Source of the DNA: an uncultured Gemmataceae bacterium
Lineage (GTDB): Bacteria > Planctomycetota > Planctomycetia > Gemmatales > Gemmataceae
Length of the DNA: 64,000 nucleotides
NCBI GenBank assembly: GCA_963750165.1
Contig: CAVVPN010000003.1
Location: 608,001 to 672,000 of the forward strand
Reading direction: 5' to 3'
Position 1 is the stretch's first letter. Every line of letters begins with the position of its first letter. Positions 44,338 through 52,530 of this stretch are shown piece by piece. The notes beneath the pieces were generated by a model. That model was not told the DNA's origin, searched no databases, and saw only the letters and a program-made list of their open reading frames with translations. The translations under genes and the position numbers were made by a program.

Positions 44338-46832
44338 CCCGCGCCACCATCGACCTGGGTATCGACCTGGGCACCACCAACAGCTGCATCGGCCTGCTCA
44401 AGGGCAACGAGGTCGAAATCCTCCGTAACAACGACGGCCAGGAGTGTACGCCCTCCGCCATCTGGATCGACCGCAGGGACCGCCTGCACGTCGGCCAGCG
44501 CGCCAAGGAGCAGTACGAGGCCGACGAGGAGAACGCCTGCATCGAGTTCAAGCTGCAGATGGGCAAAGCGACCGAGCGCACCTTCCAGCGCGGCGGCCGC
44601 AAGCTGAAGCCCGAAGAAATGTCCGCGGAGGTGCTCAAGTCGCTGCTGAATGACGCCCGGCAGCGCCTCAATGAGGAAGTGCACGCCGCGGTCATCACGG
44701 TGCCGGCGGACTTTGACCTGCCGCAGTGCGATGCCACGCGGCGCGCGGCCCAGCTGGCCGGCCTGAGCAACAGTCCGCTGTTGCAGGAGCCCGTGGCGGC
44801 GGCGCTGGCCTACGGCTTTCAGAGCGAGAGCGATCAGGTCTTCTGGATGGTCTACGACCTGGGCGGCGGCACCTTCGACGCGGCGGTCATCCAGATGAAG
44901 GACGGCATGTTCCGCGTCGTCAACCACGGCGGCGACCGCCACCTCGGCGGCAAACTCATCGACTGGGCCATCGTCGAGCAGTTGCTGGTGCCGGCGGTGC
45001 TGCGCGAACGCAAGTTGCCGGACTTCCGCCGCGGCAACCCGCGCTGGAAGGCCGCCTTCGCCAAGCTGAAACTCGCCGCCGAGCAGGCCAAGATTCGCGT
45101 CTCGCGCGACAAGGCCAGCGAGATCAGCATCGACCCACTGTGCATCGACGAGAAGGGCGACCGCGTCGGCTTCGACTTCGAGCTGGGCCGGGCCGATGTC
45201 GAGTCGCTGATGGAGCCGTTTGTGCTGCGCTCGATCAACATCTGCAAAAAAGTCCTCGCGGAGAAGCGCCTGGGGCCGGACCACATCCAGAAACTGATTC
45301 TGGTGGGCGGCCCGACGTTGACGCCGTACCTGCGGCAGCGGCTGGCGGACCCGAAGGACGGCCTGGGCATCACGCTGGAGCACGGCGTCGATCCGCTGAC
45401 CATCGTGGCCAAGGGGGCGGCCATCTTCGCCGGCACGCAGCGGCTCGACGAGGTGCCGGAAGCGCCGCCGAGCGGCGCGGAGACGTTCAACTTGCAGCTG
45501 GAGTATCAGCCGGTCGGCAGCGACCCGGAGCCGCTGGTCGGCGGCAAGGTGCTGCCGCCGCCGGGCACAGACCTGGCCGGCTACACCATCGAGTTCCTGG
45601 ACGGCCACGCCCATCCGCCGCGGCGCAGCGGCAAGCTGACGCTGACGGCGGAGGGCACGTTCATGACGAACCTGTGGGCCGAAAAGGGTCGCACCAACAC
45701 GTACCTGATCGAACTGCACGACGCCAGCGGCCGCCGCTGCGCGACGAAGCCGGAGCGCTTCACCTACAGCATGGGCGTGGCGCCGACCGACCCGCCGCTG
45801 ATCCACTCACTGGGCATCGCCACCATCAACAACGAGATGGAGGTATTCATCCCGAAGGGGACCGCCCTGCCGGCCCGCAAGCGCATCGTGCAGCGCACGG
45901 GCATGGTGCATCGCAAGGGCCCCAACGGCGACGCCATCCGCATCCCGCTCATCGAGGGCGAGAATGTCCGCCGCGCCGACCGAAACCGCCACATCGGTAC
46001 GCTGGTCATCCGGCCCGACTCGTTCAAACGCGACCTGCCGGCGCTGAGCGAGATCGAGATCACACTGGAAATCGACGCCTCGCGCATGCTCCGCGCCCGG
46101 GCGTTCATCCCCATCCTGGACGAGGAGTTCGCGGAGATCATCCGCTTTCAACAGGGCTCGCCGGAGGTGGAGGCGCTGCGCAAGGAGGTGGCGTCGGAGA
46201 AAAAACGGCTGGCGAAGCTGACGCGCAAGGCGGAATCGCTGGAGGACGAACTGGCGCAGCAGCTGCTGCGCCGCATCGCCGACGAGCGCATCGAGCAGGA
46301 CCTGGACGCCGCCCTGGACGCCGCCGCCAACGACCCGGACGCCGCCGACAAGTGCGCCCAGCGCCTGCTGGATTTGAAATCGGCCGATGACGACGTGGAG
46401 TTCGCACTGGAGTGGCCGGCGCTGGTGTCGCAGACGCAGCACGAACTGGCCGAGCTACGCGGTCTCGTCGAGGAGCAGGGTTTGCCGCGCGACAAGCAGC
46501 AGTCGCACCTGCTGGAGCGCGAGGTGCGCAAGGCGCTGGAGGGCCGGGACCCGGACCTGCTGTGGCGCAAGTACAAGGAAGTGCAGCGGCTGGTGAACGT
46601 GCTGTGGTGGCAACGGCCGACATCGTTGGTGGAGGCACTGCACGTGCTGGAGGGCCTGCGCGAGAGCATGCGCGACCAGCAGATGGCCGACCAGTTGCTC
46701 AAGCGCGCCGACCGGGCCATGTACGAGAAGGACTACCCGGCGATGCGAACGGCCCTGCAGCAGTTGATCGGGCTGCTGCCGCCAGAGAAGCGCGGCCGGC
46801 TGCCGGGCTACGGCGGCACCACGCTGGGGTAA
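44334..46832 (+). CDS. Atypical Hsp70/DnaK-family protein (832 aa)
   Basis: GIDLGTTNS, AVITVPA, EPVAAALAYG, YDLGGGTFD, HLGG, LVGG, VAKGAA; SBD-like region and long helical tail. Confidence 0.93.
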   Translation: MTRATIDLGIDLGTTNSCIGLLKGNEVEILRNNDGQECTPSAIWIDRRDRLHVGQRAKEQYEADEENACIEFKLQMGKATERTFQRGGRKLKPEEMSAEVLKSLLNDARQRLNEEVHAAVITVPADFDLPQCDATRRAAQLAGLSNSPLLQEPVAAALAYGFQSESDQVFWMVYDLGGGTFDAAVIQMKDGMFRVVNHGGDRHLGGKLIDWAIVEQLLVPAVLRERKLPDFRRGNPRWKAAFAKLKLAAEQAKIRVSRDKASEISIDPLCIDEKGDRVGFDFELGRADVESLMEPFVLRSINICKKVLAEKRLGPDHIQKLILVGGPTLTPYLRQRLADPKDGLGITLEHGVDPLTIVAKGAAIFAGTQRLDEVPEAPPSGAETFNLQLEYQPVGSDPEPLVGGKVLPPPGTDLAGYTIEFLDGHAHPPRRSGKLTLTAEGTFMTNLWAEKGRTNTYLIELHDASGRRCATKPERFTYSMGVAPTDPPLIHSLGIATINNEMEVFIPKGTALPARKRIVQRTGMVHRKGPNGDAIRIPLIEGENVRRADRNRHIGTLVIRPDSFKRDLPALSEIEITLEIDASRMLRARAFIPILDEEFAEIIRFQQGSPEVEALRKEVASEKKRLAKLTRKAESLEDELAQQLLRRIADERIEQDLDAALDAAANDPDAADKCAQRLLDLKSADDDVEFALEWPALVSQTQHELAELRGLVEEQGLPRDKQQSHLLEREVRKALEGRDPDLLWRKYKEVQRLVNVLWWQRPTSLVEALHVLEGLRESMRDQQMADQLLKRADRAMYEKDYPAMRTALQQLIGLLPPEKRGRLPGYGGTTLG

Positions 46833-46856
46833 GCGCGGTCGGATAAACCACCCGCC

Positions 46857-46900
46857 CGAAGCGGCAGCGCCGGGGCAGTCGTCCCGGCGCTGCCGCTTCG
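46857..46900. terminator. GC-rich hairpin after the Hsp70 operon
   Basis: 18-bp arms CGAAGCGGCAGCGCCGGG / CCCGGCGCTGCCGCTTCG; no clear U-tract. Confidence 0.6.
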
Positions 46901-47049
46901 AGCGGATGTGCGAGCGCCGCCAGCACCCGCGGTTGGCCGGACAACAGCAGGCGTCTGGTGGAGGCGCTGTTGCAGGAACTGGCGCAGGCGAAAAAAGGGA
47001 CGGCAACTAGGGCTCGCCCGCGCCACCAGGGAGGCCATTTTCCTGCCCA

Positions 47050-47586
47050 TCAAGGGGTAACAGGGCTCAGATCCTTGTCAATCCCCCAGATCTCTTCGCT
47101 GCCGGGGAACCGCTTGATCAGACGAGCCCGGCACGCCTCGGCCTGCTCCCGGGTGGCAAAACGCAGTTGCAGGTGGTTGTCCCCAAACAGGAGGGAAGCC
47201 CCCTCTTCAAGGAACGCTTGACGGCACTGCTCCGGTGTCACCGGGTCGGCGGGACGAAGGTGAGCCACTACCCGGTAGGGCAACATTCCAGACTCGTAGG
47301 CTTCCAGATAGGTCACCCCAATCGCCAAGGCAATGCGGTCGCCGTAATCCTTGCCTTCCGCCTTCTCATAGGCCTGGTGAATGGTAAACACGCGCTCTTC
47401 ACTCGGCACGTCTTCCCATTTGTCCCAAATGACGGTAACGCGCAGCGTGTTCGTCCGGGGGAACAGTTGTTCCTCAATCAGCGGCTGACCGACTTCACGG
47501 TTCGCAGTTAGCTCTACAGCGAGTTCCGCAACCAGCTGGGGGTAGTGAGAAGTCGGGGTTTCAGGGCTGTGTTTAATGCGTGGCAT
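47050..47586 (-). CDS. Hypothetical protein, putative partner (antitoxin-like) of the HEPN gene
   Basis: GAGG RBS overlaps the HEPN stop; codon usage visibly less GC-rich than flanks; VTVIWDKWEDVPSEERVFTIHQAY loosely BolA-like. Confidence 0.7.
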   Translation of the reverse strand: MPRIKHSPETPTSHYPQLVAELAVELTANREVGQPLIEEQLFPRTNTLRVTVIWDKWEDVPSEERVFTIHQAYEKAEGKDYGDRIALAIGVTYLEAYESGMLPYRVVAHLRPADPVTPEQCRQAFLEEGASLLFGDNHLQLRFATREQAEACRARLIKRFPGSEEIWGIDKDLSPVTP

Positions 47587-47594
47587 CGGCAACC

Positions 47595-48094
47595 TCATAA
47601 CTGGTGGATGTTCTGCAGCAGCCAAACCGCGGCTTCCCTGATCCGGCGCACCTCGAAGGCGTAGGCGACGTTTTTATGATACCGGAGGAATTCACTCCAC
47701 AGATACTCAAAACGTTGGGTGTTGGCCACCACGAGGCCCCGAAGGTAGGGCTCGCTTATGCGAGCCCGGGAATGTTTGACCGAGTGTTAACCAGTAACTG
47801 AGCCCATGATTCCAGATGATGCAAATTACCGGCCCAGGAGAAGCCGAACTTGGCGGCGTTGGCCTTCGCCCCGTACAGGTCCGCCGGGGTAATGTGCTCG
47901 TTGGCCCGGAAGTTCACGGCACGGAAGTAGGCCGCCTTGAGCGTCATTTCCGCGGCATAGCCCCAAAGGTAAATTGCAGCAGTACGGCAGCCGGCCGCCT
48001 CCAGAGCCACACCATCCTGAAATCGCTGCCGGGCGGCGGCCTGAAACTCGGCGATGCTGTCCGGCTGACACCTGTGGAGCAAGCGCTTGGGCAT
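47595..48094 (-). pseudogene. HEPN-like protein with internal stop (47756-47758) and frameshift (~47740)
   Basis: AARQRFQDG..L...AAIYLWGYAAEMTLKA and HHLESW. After the lesions another frame gives FEYLWSEFLRYHKN...WLLQNIHQL*, the expected WxxxLRY C-terminus. Confidence 0.75.
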
Positions 48095-48111
48095 TCCTGA
48101 TCCTTTACTGG

Positions 48112-48786
48112 TCACCTGTACTTGATGACCACGCGCGGCTGGCCGACCTTGCGGAAGCGCTCCAGCTCCGGATGGCTTTGCACGTACAGCTGCAGGGCCT
48201 TGCCGTCCCAGGTGATCGCCCCGCGGTAGTAGATCGCCTGGACACCGCCCAGCCGGGCGCTCTTGCCGACTTGCAGCACTTCCGCTCTCACCTCCGCCTC
48301 CAGTTCCTCCACCGCGCGGGCCGCGTCCTCCAGGTCCGCCGCGTACTTCGCCTCCAGCGCGTCCAGCTGCGCCCGCACCGCACTCAGGACGGCCTCGCGC
48401 TCCGCCTCGACCTGTTGCTTGAGCCGCTCGTGATACTGCCGTGCCTCCGCCAGTTCCTCAAATTTGCCGTGGACGATTTCGCTCGCTGGCTCGAACGGTG
48501 GCTCCTCGGCGGATGGTTCCGGCGCCGGCGCGGCCGGGGGCGGTTGCTGGCGGAGCTTGACCCAGACGCGCTCGAAGGGCGTCTCCGGCGCCGTCTCGCC
48601 GCGGGCCGCCTGCAGGAAATGCTGCTGTTCAGGAGTGACCGGCGCGATCACCCCCGTGGCCAGCGCCTCCATCCAGTGGCCGAAGCGGGCGAGGAGTGCG
48701 GCCTCCTCGCCCGTGAACGCTCCGGGCCACGGCGGCGTGTAACCCCTGCGCTGCAGATACACCGCATGATCGGTCGAGACGCCCAT
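48112..48786 (-). CDS. DUF413 (YifE/MaoP)-like domain fused to a coiled-coil phage Gam/Gp157-like domain
   Basis: FTGEEAALLARFGHWMEALATGVIAPVTPEQQHFLQAARGETAPETPFERVWVK resembles DUF413; C-terminal coiled coil then YYRGAITWDGKAL..YVQSHPELERFRKVGQPRV. Confidence 0.7.
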   Translation of the reverse strand: MGVSTDHAVYLQRRGYTPPWPGAFTGEEAALLARFGHWMEALATGVIAPVTPEQQHFLQAARGETAPETPFERVWVKLRQQPPPAAPAPEPSAEEPPFEPASEIVHGKFEELAEARQYHERLKQQVEAEREAVLSAVRAQLDALEAKYAADLEDAARAVEELEAEVRAEVLQVGKSARLGGVQAIYYRGAITWDGKALQLYVQSHPELERFRKVGQPRVVIKYR

Positions 48787-48809
48787 GACGCACCCTCCTT
48801 CGGGATCGC

Positions 48810-49331
48810 TCACTTCTTCTCCGGCGCGTCCCCGGCGACGAACGCCTTGCCCACCGTGGTCGGCACCAGGGCAGCATTGCGATTCGGCTGCTCGACCCAG
48901 CCCGCCAGCGGCACGTAGGCGCGTTTCTCCCTGTCCCAGTTGAGGGCCACCTGGCCCTTGACGCCGGGCACGAACGGGAAGCGGTGGACCTCGCCAACCC
49001 AGCCGTACATGCCCGGCCCAGGGCCGGCCGGCAGCATCACCCGCCGCGTCACCACCACCGCGTCATTTTTCTTGAGCGGACCCTTGTCGCTCTCCAGCAC
49101 CTGGAGCGTCACCTGCAGCGTCGCCGACCTGGCCTTGCCCTGCACCTGATAGTCGGTGCAGACCGCCGACAGCACACGCACCTTCGCGACCACCTCGGCG
49201 GTCTCGGCCGCCTTTTCGTACGCCTTCTTGTGGACGATTGGATTGATCGCCTGGGCGGCCAGCCGGGCGTCGCCGCCCCAACCGCACGCCAGCACTGCCA
49301 GCACTGCCACCGTCTTGAACCCGAAGCGCAT
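48810..49331 (-). CDS. Secreted hypothetical protein
   Basis: Signal-peptide-like MRFGFKTVAVLAVLACG...LAAQA; GGGAG upstream; typical codon usage. Confidence 0.75.
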   Translation of the reverse strand: MRFGFKTVAVLAVLACGWGGDARLAAQAINPIVHKKAYEKAAETAEVVAKVRVLSAVCTDYQVQGKARSATLQVTLQVLESDKGPLKKNDAVVVTRRVMLPAGPGPGMYGWVGEVHRFPFVPGVKGQVALNWDREKRAYVPLAGWVEQPNRNAALVPTTVGKAFVAGDAPEKK

Positions 49332-49356
49332 GATGACTTCTCCCTGAAGTATCCCC

Positions 49357-49408
49357 GTCCGAGCCCGAGCGCCAGCGCGAAGCCCCGCGCTGGCGCTCGG
49401 GCTCGGAC
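49357..49408. repeat. REP-like palindrome, family A
   Basis: 23-bp arms GTCCGAGCCCGAGCGCCAGCGCG / CGCGCTGGCGCTCGGGCTCGGAC. Confidence 0.88.
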
Positions 49409-49584
49409 CCGATCGCTCGAACCGCGTCCCAGGATACCGCAGCGGTGGCGGCCGACGCAAGTAGCGAAAATTCCAGAAAAATCGCGGAAAAAGCGGCCAT
49501 CTGCATTTGCCCCGGTCGGGGCCGCCCGGTACCATGAGCCCAGTGTGTTCGCCTCCCAGGAAAAAACGGCTTTCACGGCGGCTC

Positions 49585-50553
49585 ATGGCACTCGCCAGTC
49601 AGACCATTGGCTTGCTCAAGGCGGCGGCGGCCCTGGTGCGCGAACTGCCCGGCGACGCCGTGCTGCTGCTGTGCGACAGCGACCTCGACTGGGAAGAAGT
49701 CACCTATCACCTGGGCGACTGCCGCGTGCTGGTCGCCACCACCGACCCCCAACTTTATCTGAAGTTGAAGGCCCACGCCGGCCTGGTGCCGCTGGAGATC
49801 GACGCCGGCCCGGTGCCGATCCAGGAGCGCATGAGCCTGGCCGTCCTCGAGGCGGTGGTGAATGAGCAGCTCCGCAGCGGCGCCCACCTGGTCACGGTCT
49901 ACAACGGCATCGTCGTGGACGAGGACGAGAGCCACAATCCCCTGGACAGCCTGAGTGTCATCCATCTGGGTGAGCATCTGGAGCGGCTCAGCGCCCAGGA
50001 TCTGCGCAAGCTGGACACGCAGGTGCCGCTGGAGACGCTGCGGGCGGTCGTTGATCTGGCGACCGAGATCGGCCGCGAGGGCCGCGAGGGCAAGCCGGTC
50101 GGCACCATGTTCGTGGTCGGCGACACCGCCAAGGTGCTCGGCATGGCCCGACCGCTCAACTTCAACCCGTTTCGCGGCTATTCGCGCAAGGAACGCGACA
50201 TCCGCGACCGCCGGGTGCGCGAGCAGATCAAGGACATCGCCCAGCTGGAAGGCGCCCTCATCATCCGCCGCGACGGCGTGGCGGTGGCGGCGTGCATGTA
50301 CATCGACACGACCGCCGAGGGGATCACGCTGAGCAAGGGTTTGGGTACACGGCACTGGGCGGCGGCGGCCATCAGCCGCAAGACCAAGGCGATTGCGGTG
50401 GCGGTCAGCCAGTCGTCGGGGACGGTGCGGCTGTTCCAGGGTGGCGAGGTGGTGTTGCACATCGAGCCGTTCGCGCGGCCGATGATCTGGCAGAAGTTCA
50501 AGATGGACGCCACCGACGGCGACGGTGGGCCACCGCCGCCGGTGATCCCGTAG
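49585..50553 (+). CDS. Diadenylate cyclase (DisA_N/DAC) domain protein, CdaZ/DacZ-like architecture
   Basis: EIGREGREGKPVGTMFVVGD, NPFRG, QLEGALII, GLGTRHWAAAAIS, AVSQSSGTV. Confidence 0.87.
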   Translation: MALASQTIGLLKAAAALVRELPGDAVLLLCDSDLDWEEVTYHLGDCRVLVATTDPQLYLKLKAHAGLVPLEIDAGPVPIQERMSLAVLEAVVNEQLRSGAHLVTVYNGIVVDEDESHNPLDSLSVIHLGEHLERLSAQDLRKLDTQVPLETLRAVVDLATEIGREGREGKPVGTMFVVGDTAKVLGMARPLNFNPFRGYSRKERDIRDRRVREQIKDIAQLEGALIIRRDGVAVAACMYIDTTAEGITLSKGLGTRHWAAAAISRKTKAIAVAVSQSSGTVRLFQGGEVVLHIEPFARPMIWQKFKMDATDGDGGPPPPVIP

Positions 50554-50612
50554 CGTTTTTCTCCCCTCGCCCCCTTCAGGCGGCGAGGGGAGTTAGAGGA
50601 AGGAGCCCCATC

Positions 50613-51809
50613 GTGACACGCCTGTTTTCCCTGGACCGCTTCACCGACTTCGGCCCCAACCGCCTGCTGCCGGACGCGCCGCCGGCCAGGCTCTGGCACG
50701 TCCCGGGTCGATCCACGGCGCTGCGCAGCGCCGTCCGCACCGGCTGCCCGCGCAAGCCCGGCGTCTACGGCATGCTCGATCAGCACGGCGACCTCATCTA
50801 CATCGGCAAGGCCAAGCAGTTGCGCACGCGCCTGCTAAGCTACTTCCGCCCGCGCAGCCGCGACGAAAAGGCCGGCCGCATTGTGGATAACACGTTCGGG
50901 CTGGTCTGGGAGGTGAACCCCAGCGAGTTCGCGGCCCTGCACCGCGAACTGGAGCTGATCCAGCGCTGGCGGCCGCGCTTCAATGTCGCGGGCAAGCCGA
51001 ACGGCTGGCGCTACACCTACGTCTGCCTGGGCCGCAAACCGGCCCCTTACGTCTACCTGGCGGCGCGGCCGCCGGCGTCGGCCCAGGCGTTCTTCGGCCC
51101 CGTCGCCGCGGGCAGTCGCGCCTTCGAGGCGGTGCGGCGCGTCAACGATCACTTTCGGCTGCGCGACTGCCCGCAGAAACAGGAGATGGTCTTCGCGGAT
51201 CAGCAGGACCTGTTCCCTGTCGAGCGCACCGCCGGCTGTTTGCGCTACGAGATCGGCACCTGTCTGGGGCCGTGCGCCGCCGCCTGCACACGCAGCGCTT
51301 ACGCCGCGCAGGTCAACGCTGTCGCCGCGTTTCTGCACGGCCGGGATCTGACCATCCTGAAGGACGTGCAGCGTGCCATGACCGCGGCGGCCGCGGCCCA
51401 GGAATTCGAGCGCGCCGCCGTGCTCCGCGACAAGTTCGAGGTGCTGGGCTGGCTGTACGAGCAACTGGAGCAATTGCGGCTGGCCCGGACGAGTCCGTCG
51501 GTGGTGTACCCGGTGCGCGGCCACGACGGCAACATGATATGGTATCTGATCCACGGCGGCCGGGCAGTCGTCGGCACGCCGGCGCCGCGCGACGCCACGG
51601 AGTGGGCCCGGGTGGCGGCGCTGATGCAGCGCGTGTTCCGGCCGGGCGATGGTGAGTTGACGGCGACGGCGCCGGTGGAGGGGGTGCTGCTGGTGGCGTC
51701 GTGGTTCCGGCGCTTCCCCGAGGAGCGCAAACGGGCCATGACCCCCGAGCAAGCACTGAACGATTCACCACAAAGACACAAAGCACACAAAGAAAACGAA
51801 ATGCATTGA
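50613..51809 (+). CDS. UvrC/Cho-like GIY-YIG endonuclease with UVR domain
   Basis: PGVYGM..LIYIGKAKQLRTRLLSYF, ELELIQRWRPRFN, CLRYEIGTCLGPC, MTAAAAAQEFERAAVLRD; lacks the RNase H-like and HhH C-terminus of full UvrC. Confidence 0.88.
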   Translation: MTRLFSLDRFTDFGPNRLLPDAPPARLWHVPGRSTALRSAVRTGCPRKPGVYGMLDQHGDLIYIGKAKQLRTRLLSYFRPRSRDEKAGRIVDNTFGLVWEVNPSEFAALHRELELIQRWRPRFNVAGKPNGWRYTYVCLGRKPAPYVYLAARPPASAQAFFGPVAAGSRAFEAVRRVNDHFRLRDCPQKQEMVFADQQDLFPVERTAGCLRYEIGTCLGPCAAACTRSAYAAQVNAVAAFLHGRDLTILKDVQRAMTAAAAAQEFERAAVLRDKFEVLGWLYEQLEQLRLARTSPSVVYPVRGHDGNMIWYLIHGGRAVVGTPAPRDATEWARVAALMQRVFRPGDGELTATAPVEGVLLVASWFRRFPEERKRAMTPEQALNDSPQRHKAHKENEMH

Positions 51810-51859
51810 ACCGATTTCTTTCTTTACTCTTTGCCTTTTCTTTGTGTCTTTGTGGTGAA
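51764..51859. repeat. Inverted repeat built from 9-bp units (CACAAAGA..)
   Basis: 20-bp perfect arms TTCACCACAAAGACACAAAG (51764-51783) / CTTTGTGTCTTTGTGGTGAA (51840-51859) with an AT-rich spacer. Confidence 0.82.
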
Positions 51860-51866
51860 ACCTCTT

Positions 51867-52439
51867 TCAACCGTGATCGCCGTGGGGCCGCACCTTCTCG
51901 TACATCAGCCTGACCAGCTTTTCCAGCAAATCAATGTATTCCGTGCCGGCGATCACCTGCACCTGTCCCATGAGCTTGCGTTTGCGCTCCAGGAACTCGA
52001 TGAAGCGCTCAACACCGATGCTCGTCAGCGCGGCGCCGCTGCCCTGCATGGCTAGCAACTCGTCGATCTCCTGCGGACTCAGCTGGCGGGCGCGATCCTG
52101 GTTGCGGTCCAGCCACGCCACCAGTTCGGGGTTGGTCACCTGCTCGTACAGCCGGCTCAGTGTCTCGTCGCTGGTCGCTGGGATGCCGTTCATCCGCGCC
52201 AGCAGCCGGTCCAGCGGCAGGTTGCGCAGGTCGCTCACCGGCAGGCCCAGCGCCTTGGCGCAGGCGCTGACGGTCGAGTTGCGCAGGTGGCGGCCGCCCT
52301 CCTTGAGGATCGTCCGCACCGTTTGCCGGTTCAGGTTGGTAATGCGCGAGAAATCCTCGTAGTTCCAGCCTTTCTCCTCGACCAGCCGCGCGATCTTCGC
52401 GGCCAGCGCTGCCGAGTTGTCCTGCGATAATTCGTTCAT
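51867..52439 (-). CDS. XRE-family helix-turn-helix protein
   Basis: KIARLVEEKGWNYEDFSRITNLNRQTVRTI...TVSACAKALGLPVSDL. Confidence 0.82.
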   Translation of the reverse strand: MNELSQDNSAALAAKIARLVEEKGWNYEDFSRITNLNRQTVRTILKEGGRHLRNSTVSACAKALGLPVSDLRNLPLDRLLARMNGIPATSDETLSRLYEQVTNPELVAWLDRNQDRARQLSPQEIDELLAMQGSGAALTSIGVERFIEFLERKRKLMGQVQVIAGTEYIDLLEKLVRLMYEKVRPHGDHG

Positions 52440-52530
52440 ATTCGGCGATTGTAAAGCCCCGCTGTACGTCCGTGAAGAGGAGTTGTGCGGTCTGGTCGAA
52501 AAAACCGGACTCCACCCCTAAAATTGAACC

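Noticed and set aside
44334..46832. Housekeeping dnaK
   Set aside because: Diverged signatures, missing DLLLLD-type linker, inserted domain and non-canonical partners; gene symbol withheld.
50613..51809. Canonical uvrC
   Set aside because: Lacks the C-terminal RNase H-like nuclease and HhH domains.
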